Shown: in pieces, positions 29,001 through 41,620 of the stretch
How the letters are laid out: each line of letters opens with the position of its first letter
Numbering within the stretch: the stretch's first letter is position 1
Assembly (NCBI GenBank): GCA_964016885.1
Contig: OZ024743.1
Location: forward strand, 185,566,001 to 185,630,000
Reading direction: 5' to 3'
From: Eledone cirrhosa
Taxonomy: Eukaryota
DNA length: 64,000 bases
Program-made: the position numbers and the translations under genes
The notes under the pieces: generated by a model
Database searches by the model: none
The model's input: only the letters and a program-made list of their open reading frames with translations
What the model was told of the DNA's origin: nothing

Positions 29001-32000
29001 CACGTTAACAGAGTTGGTGAGTGAGATTCTAGTATGGCATAAACGTTAACAGTGTTGTTGAGTGAGATTCTAGCATGGCATAAACGTTAACAGTGTTGGT
29101 GAGTGAGATTCTAGTATGGCATACACATTAACAGTGTTGTTGAGTGAGATTCTAGCATGGTATAAACGTTAACAGTGTTGTTGAGTGAGATTCTAGTATG
29201 GCATAAACGTTAACAGTGTTGGTGAGTGAGATTCTAGTATGGCATACACATTAACAGTGTTGTTGATTGAGATTCTAGTATGACATACACATTAACAGTG
29301 TTGTTGAGTGAGATTCTAGTATGGCATAAACGTTAACAGAGTTGGTGAGTGAGATTCTAATATGGCATAAACGTTAACAGTGTTGTTGTGTGAGATTCTA
29401 GCATGGCATAAACGTTAACAGTGTTGTTGAGTGAGATCCTAGTATGGCATAAACGTTAACAGTGTTGTTGAGTGAGATTCTAGTATGGCATAAACGTTAA
29501 CAGTGTTGGTGAGTGAGATTCTAGTATGGCATAAACGTTAACAGTGTTGTTGAGTGAGATTCTAGTATGGCATAAACGTTAACAGTGTTGGTGAGTGAGA
29601 TTCTAGTATGGCATAAACGTTAACAGTATTGGTGAGTGAGATTCTAGCATGGCATAAACGTTAACAGTGTTGGTGAGTCAGATCCTAGCATGGCATAAAC
29701 GTTAACAGTGTTGTTGAGTGAGATTCTAGCATGGCATAAACGTTAACAGTGTTGGTGAGTGAGATTCTAGTATCGCATAAACGTTAACAGTGTTGGTGAG
29801 TCAGATTCTAGTATGGCATAAACGTTAACAGTGTTGGTGAGTGAGATTCTAGTATGGCATAAACGTTAACAATGTTGGTGAGTCAGATTCTAGCATGGCA
29901 TAAACTTTAACAGTGTTGTTGAGTGAGATTCTAGCATGGCATAAACGTTAACAGTGTTGGTGAGTGAGATTCTAGTATCGCATAAACGTAAACAGTGTTG
30001 GTGAGTGAGATTCTAGTATGGCATAAACGTTAACAGTGTTGGTGAGTGAGATTCTAGTATGGCATAAAAGTTAACAGTTTTGTTGAGTCAGATTCTAGCA
30101 TGGCATAAACGTTAACAGTGTTGGTGAGTGAGTTTCTAGTATGGCATAAACGTTAACAGTGTTGGTGAGTGAGATTCTAGTATGGCATAAACGTTAACAG
30201 TTTTGTTGAGTCAGATTCTAGTATGGCATAAACGTTAACAGTGTTGGTGAGTGAGATTCTAGTATGGCATAAACGTTAACAGTGTTGGTGAGTGAGATTC
30301 TAGTATGGCATAAACGTTAACAGTTTTGTTGAGTCAGATTCTAGCATGGCATAAACGTTAACAGTGTTGGTGAGTGAGATTCTAGTATGGCATAAACGTT
30401 AACAGTGTTGGTGAGTCAGATTCTAGCATGGCATAAACGTTAACAGTTTTGGTGAGTGAGATTCTAGTATGGCATAAACGTTAACAGTGTTGGTGAGTGA
30501 GATTCTAGCATGGCATAAACGTTAACAGTGTTGGTGAGTGAGATTCTAGCATGGCATAAACGTTAACAGTGTTGGTGAGTGAGATTCTAGCATGGCATAA
30601 ACGTTAACAGTGTTGGTGAGTGAGATTCTAGTATGGCATAAACGTTAACAGTGTTGGTGAGTGAGATTCTAGTATGGCATAAACATTAACAGTGTTGTTG
30701 GGTGAGATTCTAGTATGGCATACACATTAACAGTGTTGTTGAGTGAGATTCTAGTATGGCATAAATGTTAACAGTGTTGTTGCGTGTGATTCTAGCATGG
30801 CATAAATGCTAACAGTGTTGTTCAGTGAGATTATAGTATGGCATAAACGTTAACAGTGTTGGTGAGTGAGATTCTAGTATGGCACAAACGTTAACAGTGT
30901 TTGTGGGTGAGATTCTAACATGGCATAAACGTTAACAGTGTTGTTGACTGAGATTCTAGCATGGTATAAACGTTAACAGTGTTGTTGAGTGAGATTCTAG
31001 TATGGCATAAACTTTAACAGTGTTGGTTAGTGAGATTCTAGTATGGCATAAATGTTAACAGTGTTGGTGAGTGAGATTCTAGTATGGCATAAACGTTAAC
31101 AGTTTTGTTGAGTCAGATTCTAGCATGGCATAAACGTTAACAGTGTTGGTGAGTGAGATTCTAGTATGGCATAAACGTTAATAGTGTTGGTGAGTCAGAT
31201 TCTAGTATGGCATACACGTTAACAGTGTTGGTGAGTGAGATTCTAGTATGGCATACACGTTAACAGTGTTGTTGAGTGAGATTCTAGTATGGCATAAACG
31301 TTAACAGTGTTGGTGAGTGAGATTCTAGTATGGCATACACGTTAACAGTGTTGGTGAGTGAGATTCTAGTATGGCATACACATTAACAGTGTTGTTGATT
31401 AAGATTCTAGTATGGCATACACATTAACAGTGTTGGTGAGTGAGATTCTAGTATGGCATACACGTTAACAGTGTTGGTGAGTGAGATTCTAGTATGGCAT
31501 AAAGGTTAACAGTGTTGGTGAGTGAGATTCTAGTATGGCATAAACGTTAACAGTGTTGGTGAGTAAGATTCTAGTATGGCATAAACGTTAACAGTGTTGG
31601 TGAGTGAGATTCTAGTATGGCATAAACGTTAACAGTGTTGGTGAGTGAGATTCTAGTATGGCATAAACGTTAACAGTGTTGGTGAGTCAGATTCTAGCAT
31701 GGCATAAACGTTAACAGTTTTGTTGAGTCAGATTCTAGTATGGCATAAACTTTAACAGTGTTGGTTAGTGAGATTCTAGTATGGCATAAATGTTAACAGT
31801 GTTGGTGAGTGAGATTCTAGTATGGCATAAACGTTAACAGTTTTGTTGAGTCAGATTCTAGCATGGCATAAACGTTAACAGTGTTGGTGAGTGAGATTCT
31901 AGTATGGCATAAACGTTAACAGTGTTGGTGAGTCAGATTCTAGCATGGCATAAACGTTAACAGTGTTGGTGAGTGAGATTCTAGTATCGCATAAACGTTA

Positions 32001-35000
32001 ACAGTGTTGGTGAGTGAGATTCTAGTATGGCATAAACGTTAACAGTGTTGGTGAGTAAGATTCTAGTATGGCATAAACGTTAACAGTGTTGGTGAGTGAG
32101 ATTCTAGTATGGCATAAACGTTAACAGTGTTGGTGAGTGAGATTCTAGTATGGCATAAACGTTAACAGTGTTGGTGAGTCAGATTCTAGCATGGCATAAA
32201 CGTTAACAGTTTTGTTGAGTCAGATTCTAGTATGGCATAAACGTTAACAGTGTTGGTTAGTGAGATTCTAGTATGGCATAAAAGTTAACAGTGTTGGTGA
32301 GTGAGATTCTAGTATGGCATAAACGTTAACAGTTTTGTTGGTCAGATTCTAGCATGGCATAAACGTTAACAGTGTTGGTGAGTGAGATTCTAGCATGGCA
32401 TAAACGTTAACAGTGTTGGTGAGTGAGATTCTAGCATGGCATAAACGTTAACAGTGTTGGTGAGTGAGATTCTAGCATGGCATAAACGTTAACAGTGTTG
32501 GTGAGTGAGATTCTAGTATCGCATAAACGTTAACAGTGTTTGTGAGTGAGATTCTAGTATGGCATAAACGTTAACATTGTTGGTGAGTGAGATTCTAGTA
32601 TGGCATAAACGTTAAAAGTGTTGTTGAGTGAGATTATAGCATGGCATACACATTAACAGTGTTGTTGAGTGAGATTCTAGTATAGCATAAACGTTAACAG
32701 TGTTGGTGAGTGAGATTCTAGTATGGCATAAACGTTAACAGTGTTGGTGAGTGAGATTCTAGTATGGCATACACATTAACAGTGTTGTTGAGTGAGATTC
32801 TAGCATGGTATAAACGTTAACAGTGTTGTTGAGTGAGATTCTAGTATGGCATAAACGTTAACAGTGTTGGTGAGTGAGATTCTAGTATGGCATAAACGTT
32901 AACAGTGTTGTTGAGTGAGATTCTAGTATGGCATAAACGTTAACAGTGTTGGTGAGTGAGATTCTAGCATGACATAAACGTTAACAGTGTTGTTGAGCGA
33001 GATTCTAGCATGGCATAAACGTTGACAGTGTTGGTGAGTGAGATTCTAGCATGGCATAAACGTTGACAGTATTGGTGAGTGAGATTCTAGTATGGCGTAA
33101 ACGTTAACAGTGTTGGTGAGTGAGATTCTAGCATGGCATAAACGTTAACAGTGTTGGTGAGTGAGATTCTAGCATGGCATAAACCTTAACAGTGTTGGTG
33201 AGTGAGATTCTAGTATGGCATAAACGTTAACAGAGTTGGTGAGTGAGATTCTAGTATGGCATAAACGTTAACAGTGTTGTTGAGTGAGATTCTAGCATGG
33301 CATAAACGTTAACAGTGTTGGTGAGTGAGATTCTAGTATGGCATACACATTAACAGTGTTGTTGAGTGAGATTCTAGCATGGTATAAACGTTAACAGTGT
33401 TGTTGAGTGAGATTCTAGTATGGCATAAACGTTAACAGTGTTGGTGAGTGAGATTCTAGTATGGCATACACATTAACAGTGTTGTTGATTGAGATTCTAG
33501 TATGACATACACATTAACAGTGTTGTTGAGTGAGATTCTAGTATGGCATAAACGTTAACAGAGTTGGTGAGTGAGATTCTAATATGGCATAAACGTTAAC
33601 AGTGTTGTTGTGTGAGATTCTAGCATGGCATAAACGTTAACAGTGTTGTTGAGTGAGATCCTAGTATGGCATAAACGTTAACAGTGTTGTTGAGTGAGAT
33701 TCTAGTATGGCATAAACGTTAACAGTGTTGGTGAGTGAGATTCTAGTATGGCATAAACGTTAACAGTGTTGTTGAGTGAGATTCTAGTATGGCATAAACG
33801 TTAACAGTGTTGGTGAGTGAGATTCTAGTATGGCATAAACGTTAACAGTATTGGTGAGTGAGATTCTAGCATGGCATAAACGTTAACAGTGTTGGTGAGT
33901 CAGATCCTAGCATGGCATAAACGTTAACAGTGTTGTTGAGTGAGATTCTAGCATGGCATAAACGTTAACAGTGTTGGTGAGTGAGATTCTAGTATCGCAT
34001 AAACGTTAACAGTGTTGGTGAGTCAGATTCTAGTATGGCATAAACGTTAACAGTGTTGGTGAGTGAGATTCTAGTATGGCATAAACGTTAACAATGTTGG
34101 TGAGTCAGATTCTAGCATGGCATAAACTTTAACAGTGTTGTTGAGTGAGATTCTAGCATGGCATAAATGTTAACAGTGTTGGTGAGTGAGATTCTAGTAT
34201 CGCATAAACGTTAACAGTGTTGGTGAGTGAGATTCTAGTATGGCATAAACGTTAACAGTGTTGGTGAGTGAGATTCTAGTATGGCATAAAAGTTAACAGT
34301 TTTGTTGAGTCAGATTCTAGCATGGCATAAACGTTAACAGTGTTGGTGAGTGAGTTTCTAGTATGGCATAAACGTTAACAGTGTTGGTGAGTGAGAGTCT
34401 AGTATGGCATAAACGTTAACAGTTTTGTTGAGTCAGATTCTAGTATGGCATAAACGTTAACAGTGTTGGTGAGTGAGATTCTAGTATGGCATAAACGTTA
34501 ACAGTGTTGGTGAGTGAGATTCTAGTATGGCATAAACGTTAACAGTTTTGTTGAGTCAGATTCTAGCATGGCATAAACGTTAACAGTGTTGGTGAGTGAG
34601 ATTCTAGTATGGCATAAACGTTAACAGTGTTGGTGAGTCAGATTCTAGCATGGCATAAACGTTAACTGTGTTGGTGAGTGAGATTCTAGTATGGCATAAA
34701 CGTTAACAGTGTTGGTGAGTGAGATTCTAGCATGGCATAAACGTTAACAGTGTTGGTGAGTGAGATTCTAGCATGGCATAAACGTTAACAGTGTTGGTGA
34801 GTGAGATTCTAGCATGGCATAAACGTTAACAGTGTTGGTGAGTGAGATTCTAGTATGGCATAAACGTTAACAGTGTTGGTGAGTGAGATTCTAGTATGGC
34901 ATAAACATTAACAGTGTTGTTGAGTGAGATTCTAGTATGGCATACACATTAACAGTGTTGTTGAGTGAGATTCTAGTATGGCATAAATGTTAACAGTGTT

Positions 35001-38000
35001 GTTGCGTGTGATTCTAGCATGGCATAAATGCTAACAGTGTTGTTCAGTGAGATTATAGTATGGCATAAACGTTAACAGTGTTGGTGAGTGAGATTCTAGT
35101 ATGGCACAAACGTTAACAGTGTTTGTGAGTGAGATTCTAACATGGCATAAACGTTAACAGTGTTGTTGACTGAGATTCTAGCATGGCATAAACGTTAACA
35201 GTGTTGTTGAGTGAGATTCTAGCATGGCATAAACGTTAACAGTGTTAGTGAGTGAGATTCTAGAATGGCATAAACGTTAACAGTGTTGTTGAGTGAGATT
35301 CTAGCATGGTATAAACGTTAACAGTGTTGTTGAGTGAGATTCTAGTATGGCATAAACGTTAACAGTGTTGGTGAGTGAGATTCTAGTATGGCATAAACGT
35401 TAACAGTGTTGTTGAGTCAGATTCTAGTATGGCATACACGTTAACAGTGTTGGTGAGTGAGATTCTAGTATGGCATACACGTTGACAGTGTTGTTGAGTG
35501 AGATTCTAGTATGGCATAAACGTTAACAGTGTTGGTGAGTGAGATTCTAGTATGGCATACACGTTAACAGTGTTGGTGAGTGAGATTCTAGTATGGCATA
35601 CACATTAACAGTGTTGTTGATTAAGATTCTAGTATGGCATACACATTAACAGTGTTGGTGAGTGAGACTCTAGTATGGCATACACGTTAACAGTGTTGGT
35701 GAGTGAGATTCTAGTATCGCATAAACGTTAACAGTGTTGGTGAGTGAGATTCTAGTATGGCATAAACGTTAACAGTGTTGGTGAGTAAGATTCTAGTATG
35801 GCATAAACGTTAACAGTGTTGGTGAGTGAGATTCTAGTATCGCATAAACGTTAACAGTGTTTGTGAGTGAGATTCTAGTATGGCATAAACGTTAACAGTG
35901 TTGGTGAGTGAGATTCTAGCATGGCATAAACGTTAACAGTGTTGGTGAGTGAGATTCTAGCATGGCATAAACGTTAACAGTGTTGGTGAGTGAGATTCTA
36001 GTATCGCATAAACGTTAACAGTGTTGGTGAGTGAGATTCTAGCATGGCATAAACGTTAACAGTGTTGGTGAGTGAGATTCTAGCATGGCATAAACGTTAA
36101 CAGTGTTGGTGAGTGAGATTCTAGTATCGCATAAACGTTAACAGTGTTTGTGAGTGAGATTCTAGTATGGCATAAACGTTAACATTGTTGGTGAGTGAGA
36201 TTCTAGTATGGCATAAACGTTAAAAGTGTTGATGAGTGAGATTATAGCATGACATACACATTAACAGTGTTGTTGAGTGAGATTCTAGTATAGCATAAAC
36301 GTTAACAGTGTTGGTGAGTGAGATTCTAGTATGGCATAAACGTTAACAGTGTTGGTGAGTGAGATTCTAGTATGGCATACACATTAACAGTGTTGTTGAG
36401 TGAGATTCTAGCATGGTATAAACGTTAACAGTGTTGTTGAGTGAGATTCTAGTATGGCATAAACGTTAACAGTGTTGGTGAGTGAGATTCTAGTATGGCA
36501 TAAACGTTAACAGTGTTGTTGAGTGAGATTCTAGTATGGCATAAACGTTAACAGTGTTGGTGAGTGAGATTCGAGCATGACATAAACGTTAACAGTGTTG
36601 TTGAGCGAGATTCTAGCATGGCATAAACGTTGACAGTGTTGGTGAGTGAGATTCTAGCATGGCATAAACGTTGACAGTATTGGTGAGTGAGATTCTAGTA
36701 TGGCATAAACGTTAACAGTGTTGGTGAGTGAGATTCTAGCATGGCATAAACGTTAACAGTGTTGGTGAGTGGGATTCTAGTATGGCATAAACGTTAACAG
36801 TGTTGGTGAGTGAGATTCTAGCATGGCATAAACCTTAACAGTGTTGGTGAGTGAGATTCTAGTATGGCATACACGTTAACAGAGTTGGTGAGTGAGATTC
36901 TAGTATGGCATAAACGTTAACAGTGTTGTTGAGTGAGATTCTAGCATGGCATAAACGTTAACAGTGTTGGTGAGTGAGATTCTAGTATGGCATACACATT
37001 AACAGTGTTGTTGAGTGAGATTCTAGCATGGTATAAACGTTAACAGTGTTGTTGAGTGAGATTCTAGTATGGCATAAACGTTAACAGTGTTGGTGAGTGA
37101 GATTCTAGTATGGCATACACATTAACAGTGTTGTTGATTGAGATTCTAGTATGACATACACATTAACAGTGTTGTTGAGTGAGATTCTAGTATGGCATAA
37201 ACGTTAACAGAGTTGGTGAGTGAGATTCTAATATGGCATAAACGTTAACAGTGTTGTTGTGTGAGATTCTAGCATGGCATAAACGTTAACAGTGTTGTTG
37301 AGTGAGATCCTAGTATGGCATAAACGTTAACAGTGTTGTTGAGTGAGATTCTAGTATGGCATAAACGTTAACAGTGTTGGTGAGTGAGATTCTAGTATGG
37401 CATAAACGTTAACAGTGTTGTTGAGTGAGATTCTAGTATGGCATAAACGTTAACAGTGTTGGTGAGTGAGATTCTAGTATGGCATAAACGTTAACAGTAT
37501 TGGTGAGTGAGATTCTAGCATGGCATAAACGTTAACAGTGTTGGTGAGTCAGATCCTAGCATGGCATAAACGTTAACAGTGTTGTTGAGTGAGATTCTAG
37601 CATGGCATAAACGTTAACAGTGTTGGTGAGTGAGATTCTAGTATCGCATAAACGTTAACAGTGTTGGTGAGTCAGATTCTAGTATGGCATAAACGTTAAC
37701 AGTGTTGGTGAGTGAGATTCTAGTATGGCATAAACGTTAACAATGTTGGTGAGTCAGATTCTAGCATGGCATAAACTTTAACAGTGTTGTTGAGTGAGAT
37801 TCTAGCATGGCATAAACGTTAACAGTGTTGGTGAGTGAGATTCTAGTATCGCATAAACGTAAACAGTGTTGGTGAGTGAGATTCTAGTATGGCATAAACG
37901 TTAACAGTGTTGGTGAGTGAGATTCTAGTATGGCATAAAAGTTAACAGTTTTGTTGAGTCAGATTCTAGCATGGCATAAACGTTAACAGTGTTGGTGAGT

Positions 38001-38820
38001 GAGTTTCTAGTATGGCATAAACGTTAACAGTGTTGGTGAGTGAGATTCTAGTATGGCATAAACGTTAACAGTTTTGTTGAGTCAGATTCTAGTATGGCAT
38101 AAACGTTAACAGTGTTGGTGAGTGAGATTCTAGTATGGCATAAACGTTAACAGTGTTGGTGAGTGAGATTCTAGTATGGCATAAACGTTAACAGTTTTGT
38201 TGAGTCAGATTCTAGCATGGCATAAACGTTAACAGTGTTGGTGAGTGAGATTCTAGTATGGCATAAACGTTAACAGTGTTGGTGAGTCAGATTCTAGCAT
38301 GGCATAAACGTTAACAGTTTTGGTGAGTGAGATTCTAGTATGGCATAAACGTTAACAGTGTTGGTGAGTGAGATTCTAGCATGGCATAAACGTTAACAGT
38401 GTTGGTGAGTGAGATTCTAGCATGGCATAAACGTTAACAGTGTTGGTGAGTGAGATTCTAGCATGGCATAAACGTTAACAGTGTTGGTGAGTGAGATTCT
38501 AGTATGGCATAAACGTTAACAGTGTTGGTGAGTGAGATTCTAGTATGGCATAAACATTAACAGTGTTGTTGGGTGAGATTCTAGTATGGCATACACATTA
38601 ACAGTGTTGTTGAGTGAGATTCTAGTATGGCATAAATGTTAACAGTGTTGTTGCGTGTGATTCTAGCATGGCATAAATGCTAACAGTGTTGTTCAGTGAG
38701 ATTATAGTATGGCATAAACGTTAACAGTGTTGGTGAGTGAGATTCTAGTATGGCACAAACGTTAACAGTGTTTGTGAGTGAGATTCTAACATGGCATAAA
38801 CGTTAACAGTGTTGTTGACT
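23079..38820. repeat. Near-identical tandem duplication of a 192-monomer (7871 bp) unit: about 23079-30949 and 30950-38820
   Basis: Rare markers all 7871 bp apart: TAGTG after TAA (23311/31182), AAGGTT (23631/31502), 1-bp deletion (24470/32341), ATGGCGTAA (25221/33092), TGAGAGTCT (26521/34392), TTAACTG (26791/34662), ATGAG (28361/36232), CGAGCATGAC (28701/36572), AACAG after AAACGTA (29991/37862). Confidence 0.95.
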
Positions 38821-41620
38821 GAGATTCTAGCATGGCATAAACGTTAACAGTGTTGTTGAGTGAGATTCTAGCATGGCATAAACGTTAACAGTGTTAGTGA
38901 GTGAGATTCTAGAATGGCATAAACGTTAACAGTGTTGTTGAGTGAGATTCTAGCATGGTATAAACGTTAACAGTGTTGTTGAGTGAGATTCTAGTATGGC
39001 ATAAACGTTAACAGTGTTGGTGAGTGAGATTCTAGTATGGCATAAACGTTAACAGTGTTGTTGAGTCAGATTCTAGTATGGCATACACGTTAACAGTGTT
39101 GGTGAGTGAGATTCTAGTATGGCATACACGTTAACAGTGTTGTTGAGTGAGATTCTAGTATGGCATAAACGTTAACAGTGTTGGTGAGTGAGATTCTAGT
39201 ATGGCATACACGTTAACAGTGTTGGTGAGTGAGATTCTAGTATGGCATACACATTAACAGTGTTGTTGATTAAGATTCTAGTATGGCATACACATTAACA
39301 GTGTTGGTGAGTGAGATTCTAGTATGGCATACACGTTAACAGTGTTGGTGAGTGAGATTCTAGTATCGCATAAACGTTAACAGTGTTGGTGAGTGAGATT
39401 CTAGTATGGCATAAACGTTAACAGAGTTGGTGAGTGAGATTCTAATATGGCATAAACGTTAACAGTGTTGTTGTGTGAGATTCTAGCATGGCATAAACGT
39501 TAACAGTGTTGTTGAGTGAGATCCTAGTATGGCATAAACGTTAACAGTGTTGTTGAGTGAGATTCTAGTATGGCATAAACGTTAACAGTGTTGGTGAGTG
39601 AGATTCTAGTATGGCATAAACGTTAACAGTGTTGTTGAGTGAGATTCTAGTATGGCATAAACGTTAACAGTGTTGGTGAGTGAGATTCTAGTATGGCATA
39701 AACGTTAACAGTATTGGTGAGTGAGATTCTAGCATGGCATAAACGTTAACAGTGTTGGTGAGTCAGATCCTAGCATGGCATAAACGTTAACAGTGTTGTT
39801 GAGTGAGATTCTAGCATGGCATAAACGTTAACAGTGTTGGTGAGTGAGATTCTAGTATCGCATAAACGTTAACAGTGTTGGTGAGTCAGATTCTAGTATG
39901 GCATAAACGTTAACAGTGTTGGTGAGTGAGATTCTAGTATGGCATAAACGTTAACAATGTTGGTGAGTCAGATTCTAGCATGGCATAAACTTTAACAGTG
40001 TTGTTGAGTGAGATTCTAGCATGGCATAAACGTTAACAGTGTTGGTGAGTGAGATTCTAGTATCGCATAAACGTTAACAGTGTTGGTGAGTGAGATTCTA
40101 GTATGGCATAAACGTTAACAGTGTTGGTGAGTGAGATTCTAGTATGGCATAAAAGTTAACAGTTTTGTTGAGTCAGATTCTAGCATGGCATAAACGTTAA
40201 CAGTGTTGGTGAGTGAGTTTCTAGTATGGCATAAACGTTAACAGTGTTGGTGAGTGAGATTCTAGTATGGCATAAACGTTAACAGTTTTGTTGAGTCAGA
40301 TTCTAGTATGGCATAAACGTTAACAGTGTTGGTGAGTGAGATTCTAGTATGGCATAAACGTTAACAGTGTTGGTGAGTGAGATTCTAGTATGGCATAAAC
40401 GTTAACAGTTTTGTTGAGTCAGATTCTAGCATGGCATAAACGTTAACAGTGTTGGTGAGTGAGATTCTAGTATGGCATAAACGTTAACAGTGTTGGTGAG
40501 TCAGATTCTAGCATGGCATAAACGTTAACAGTTTTGGTGAGTGAGATTCTAGTATGGCATAAACGTTAACAGTGTTGGTGAGTGAGATTCTAGCATGGCA
40601 TAAACGTTAACAGTGTTGGTGAGTGAGATTCTAGCATGGCATAAACGTTAACAGTGTTGGTGAGTGAGATTCTAGCATGGCATAAACGTTAACAGTGTTG
40701 GTGAGTGAGATTCTAGTATGGCATAAACGTTAACAGTGTTGGTGAGTGAGATTCTAGTATGGCATAAACATTAACAGTGTTGTTGGGTGAGATTCTAGTA
40801 TGGCATACACATTAACAGTGTTGTTGAGTGAGATTCTAGTATGGCATAAATGTTAACAGTGTTGTTGCGTGTGATTCTAGCATGGCATAAATGCTAACAG
40901 TGTTGTTCAGTGAGATTATAGTATGGCATAAACGTTAACAGTGTTGGTGAGTGAGATTCTAGTATGGCACAAACGTTAACAGTGTTTGTGAGTGAGATTC
41001 TAACATGGCATAAACGTTAACAGTGTTGTTGACTGAGATTCTAGCATGGCATAAACGTTAACAGTGTTGTTGAGTGAGATTCTAGCATGGCATAAACGTT
41101 AACAGTGTTAGTGAGTGAGATTCTAGAATGGCATAAACGTTAACAGTGTTGTTGAGTGAGATTCTAGCATGGTATAAACGTTAACAGTGTTGTTGAGTGA
41201 GATTCTAGTATGGCATAAACGTTAACAGTGTTGGTGAGTGAGATTCTAGTATGGCATAAACGTTAACAGTGTTGTTGAGTCAGATTCTAGTATGGCATAC
41301 ACGTTAACATTGTTGGTGAGTGAGATTCTAGTATGGCATACACGTTAACAGTGTTGTTGAGTGAGATTCTAGTATGGCATAAACGTTAACAGTGTTGGTG
41401 AGTGAGATTCTAGTATGGCATACACGTCAACAGTGTTGGTGAGTGAGATTCTAGTATGGCATACACATTAACAGTGTTGTTGATTAAGATTCTAGTATGG
41501 CATACACATTAACAGTGTTGGTGAGTGAGATTCTAGTATGGCATACACGTTAACAGTGTTGGTGAGTGAGATTCTAGTATCGCATAAACGTTAACAGTGT
41601 TGGTGAGTGAGATTCTAGTA
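37190..41620. repeat. Tandem block duplication, offset 54 monomers (2214 bp)
   Basis: ATATGG of the TTCTAATATGG variant at 37231/39445 and GCGTGTGA at 38653/40867. Confidence 0.85.
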
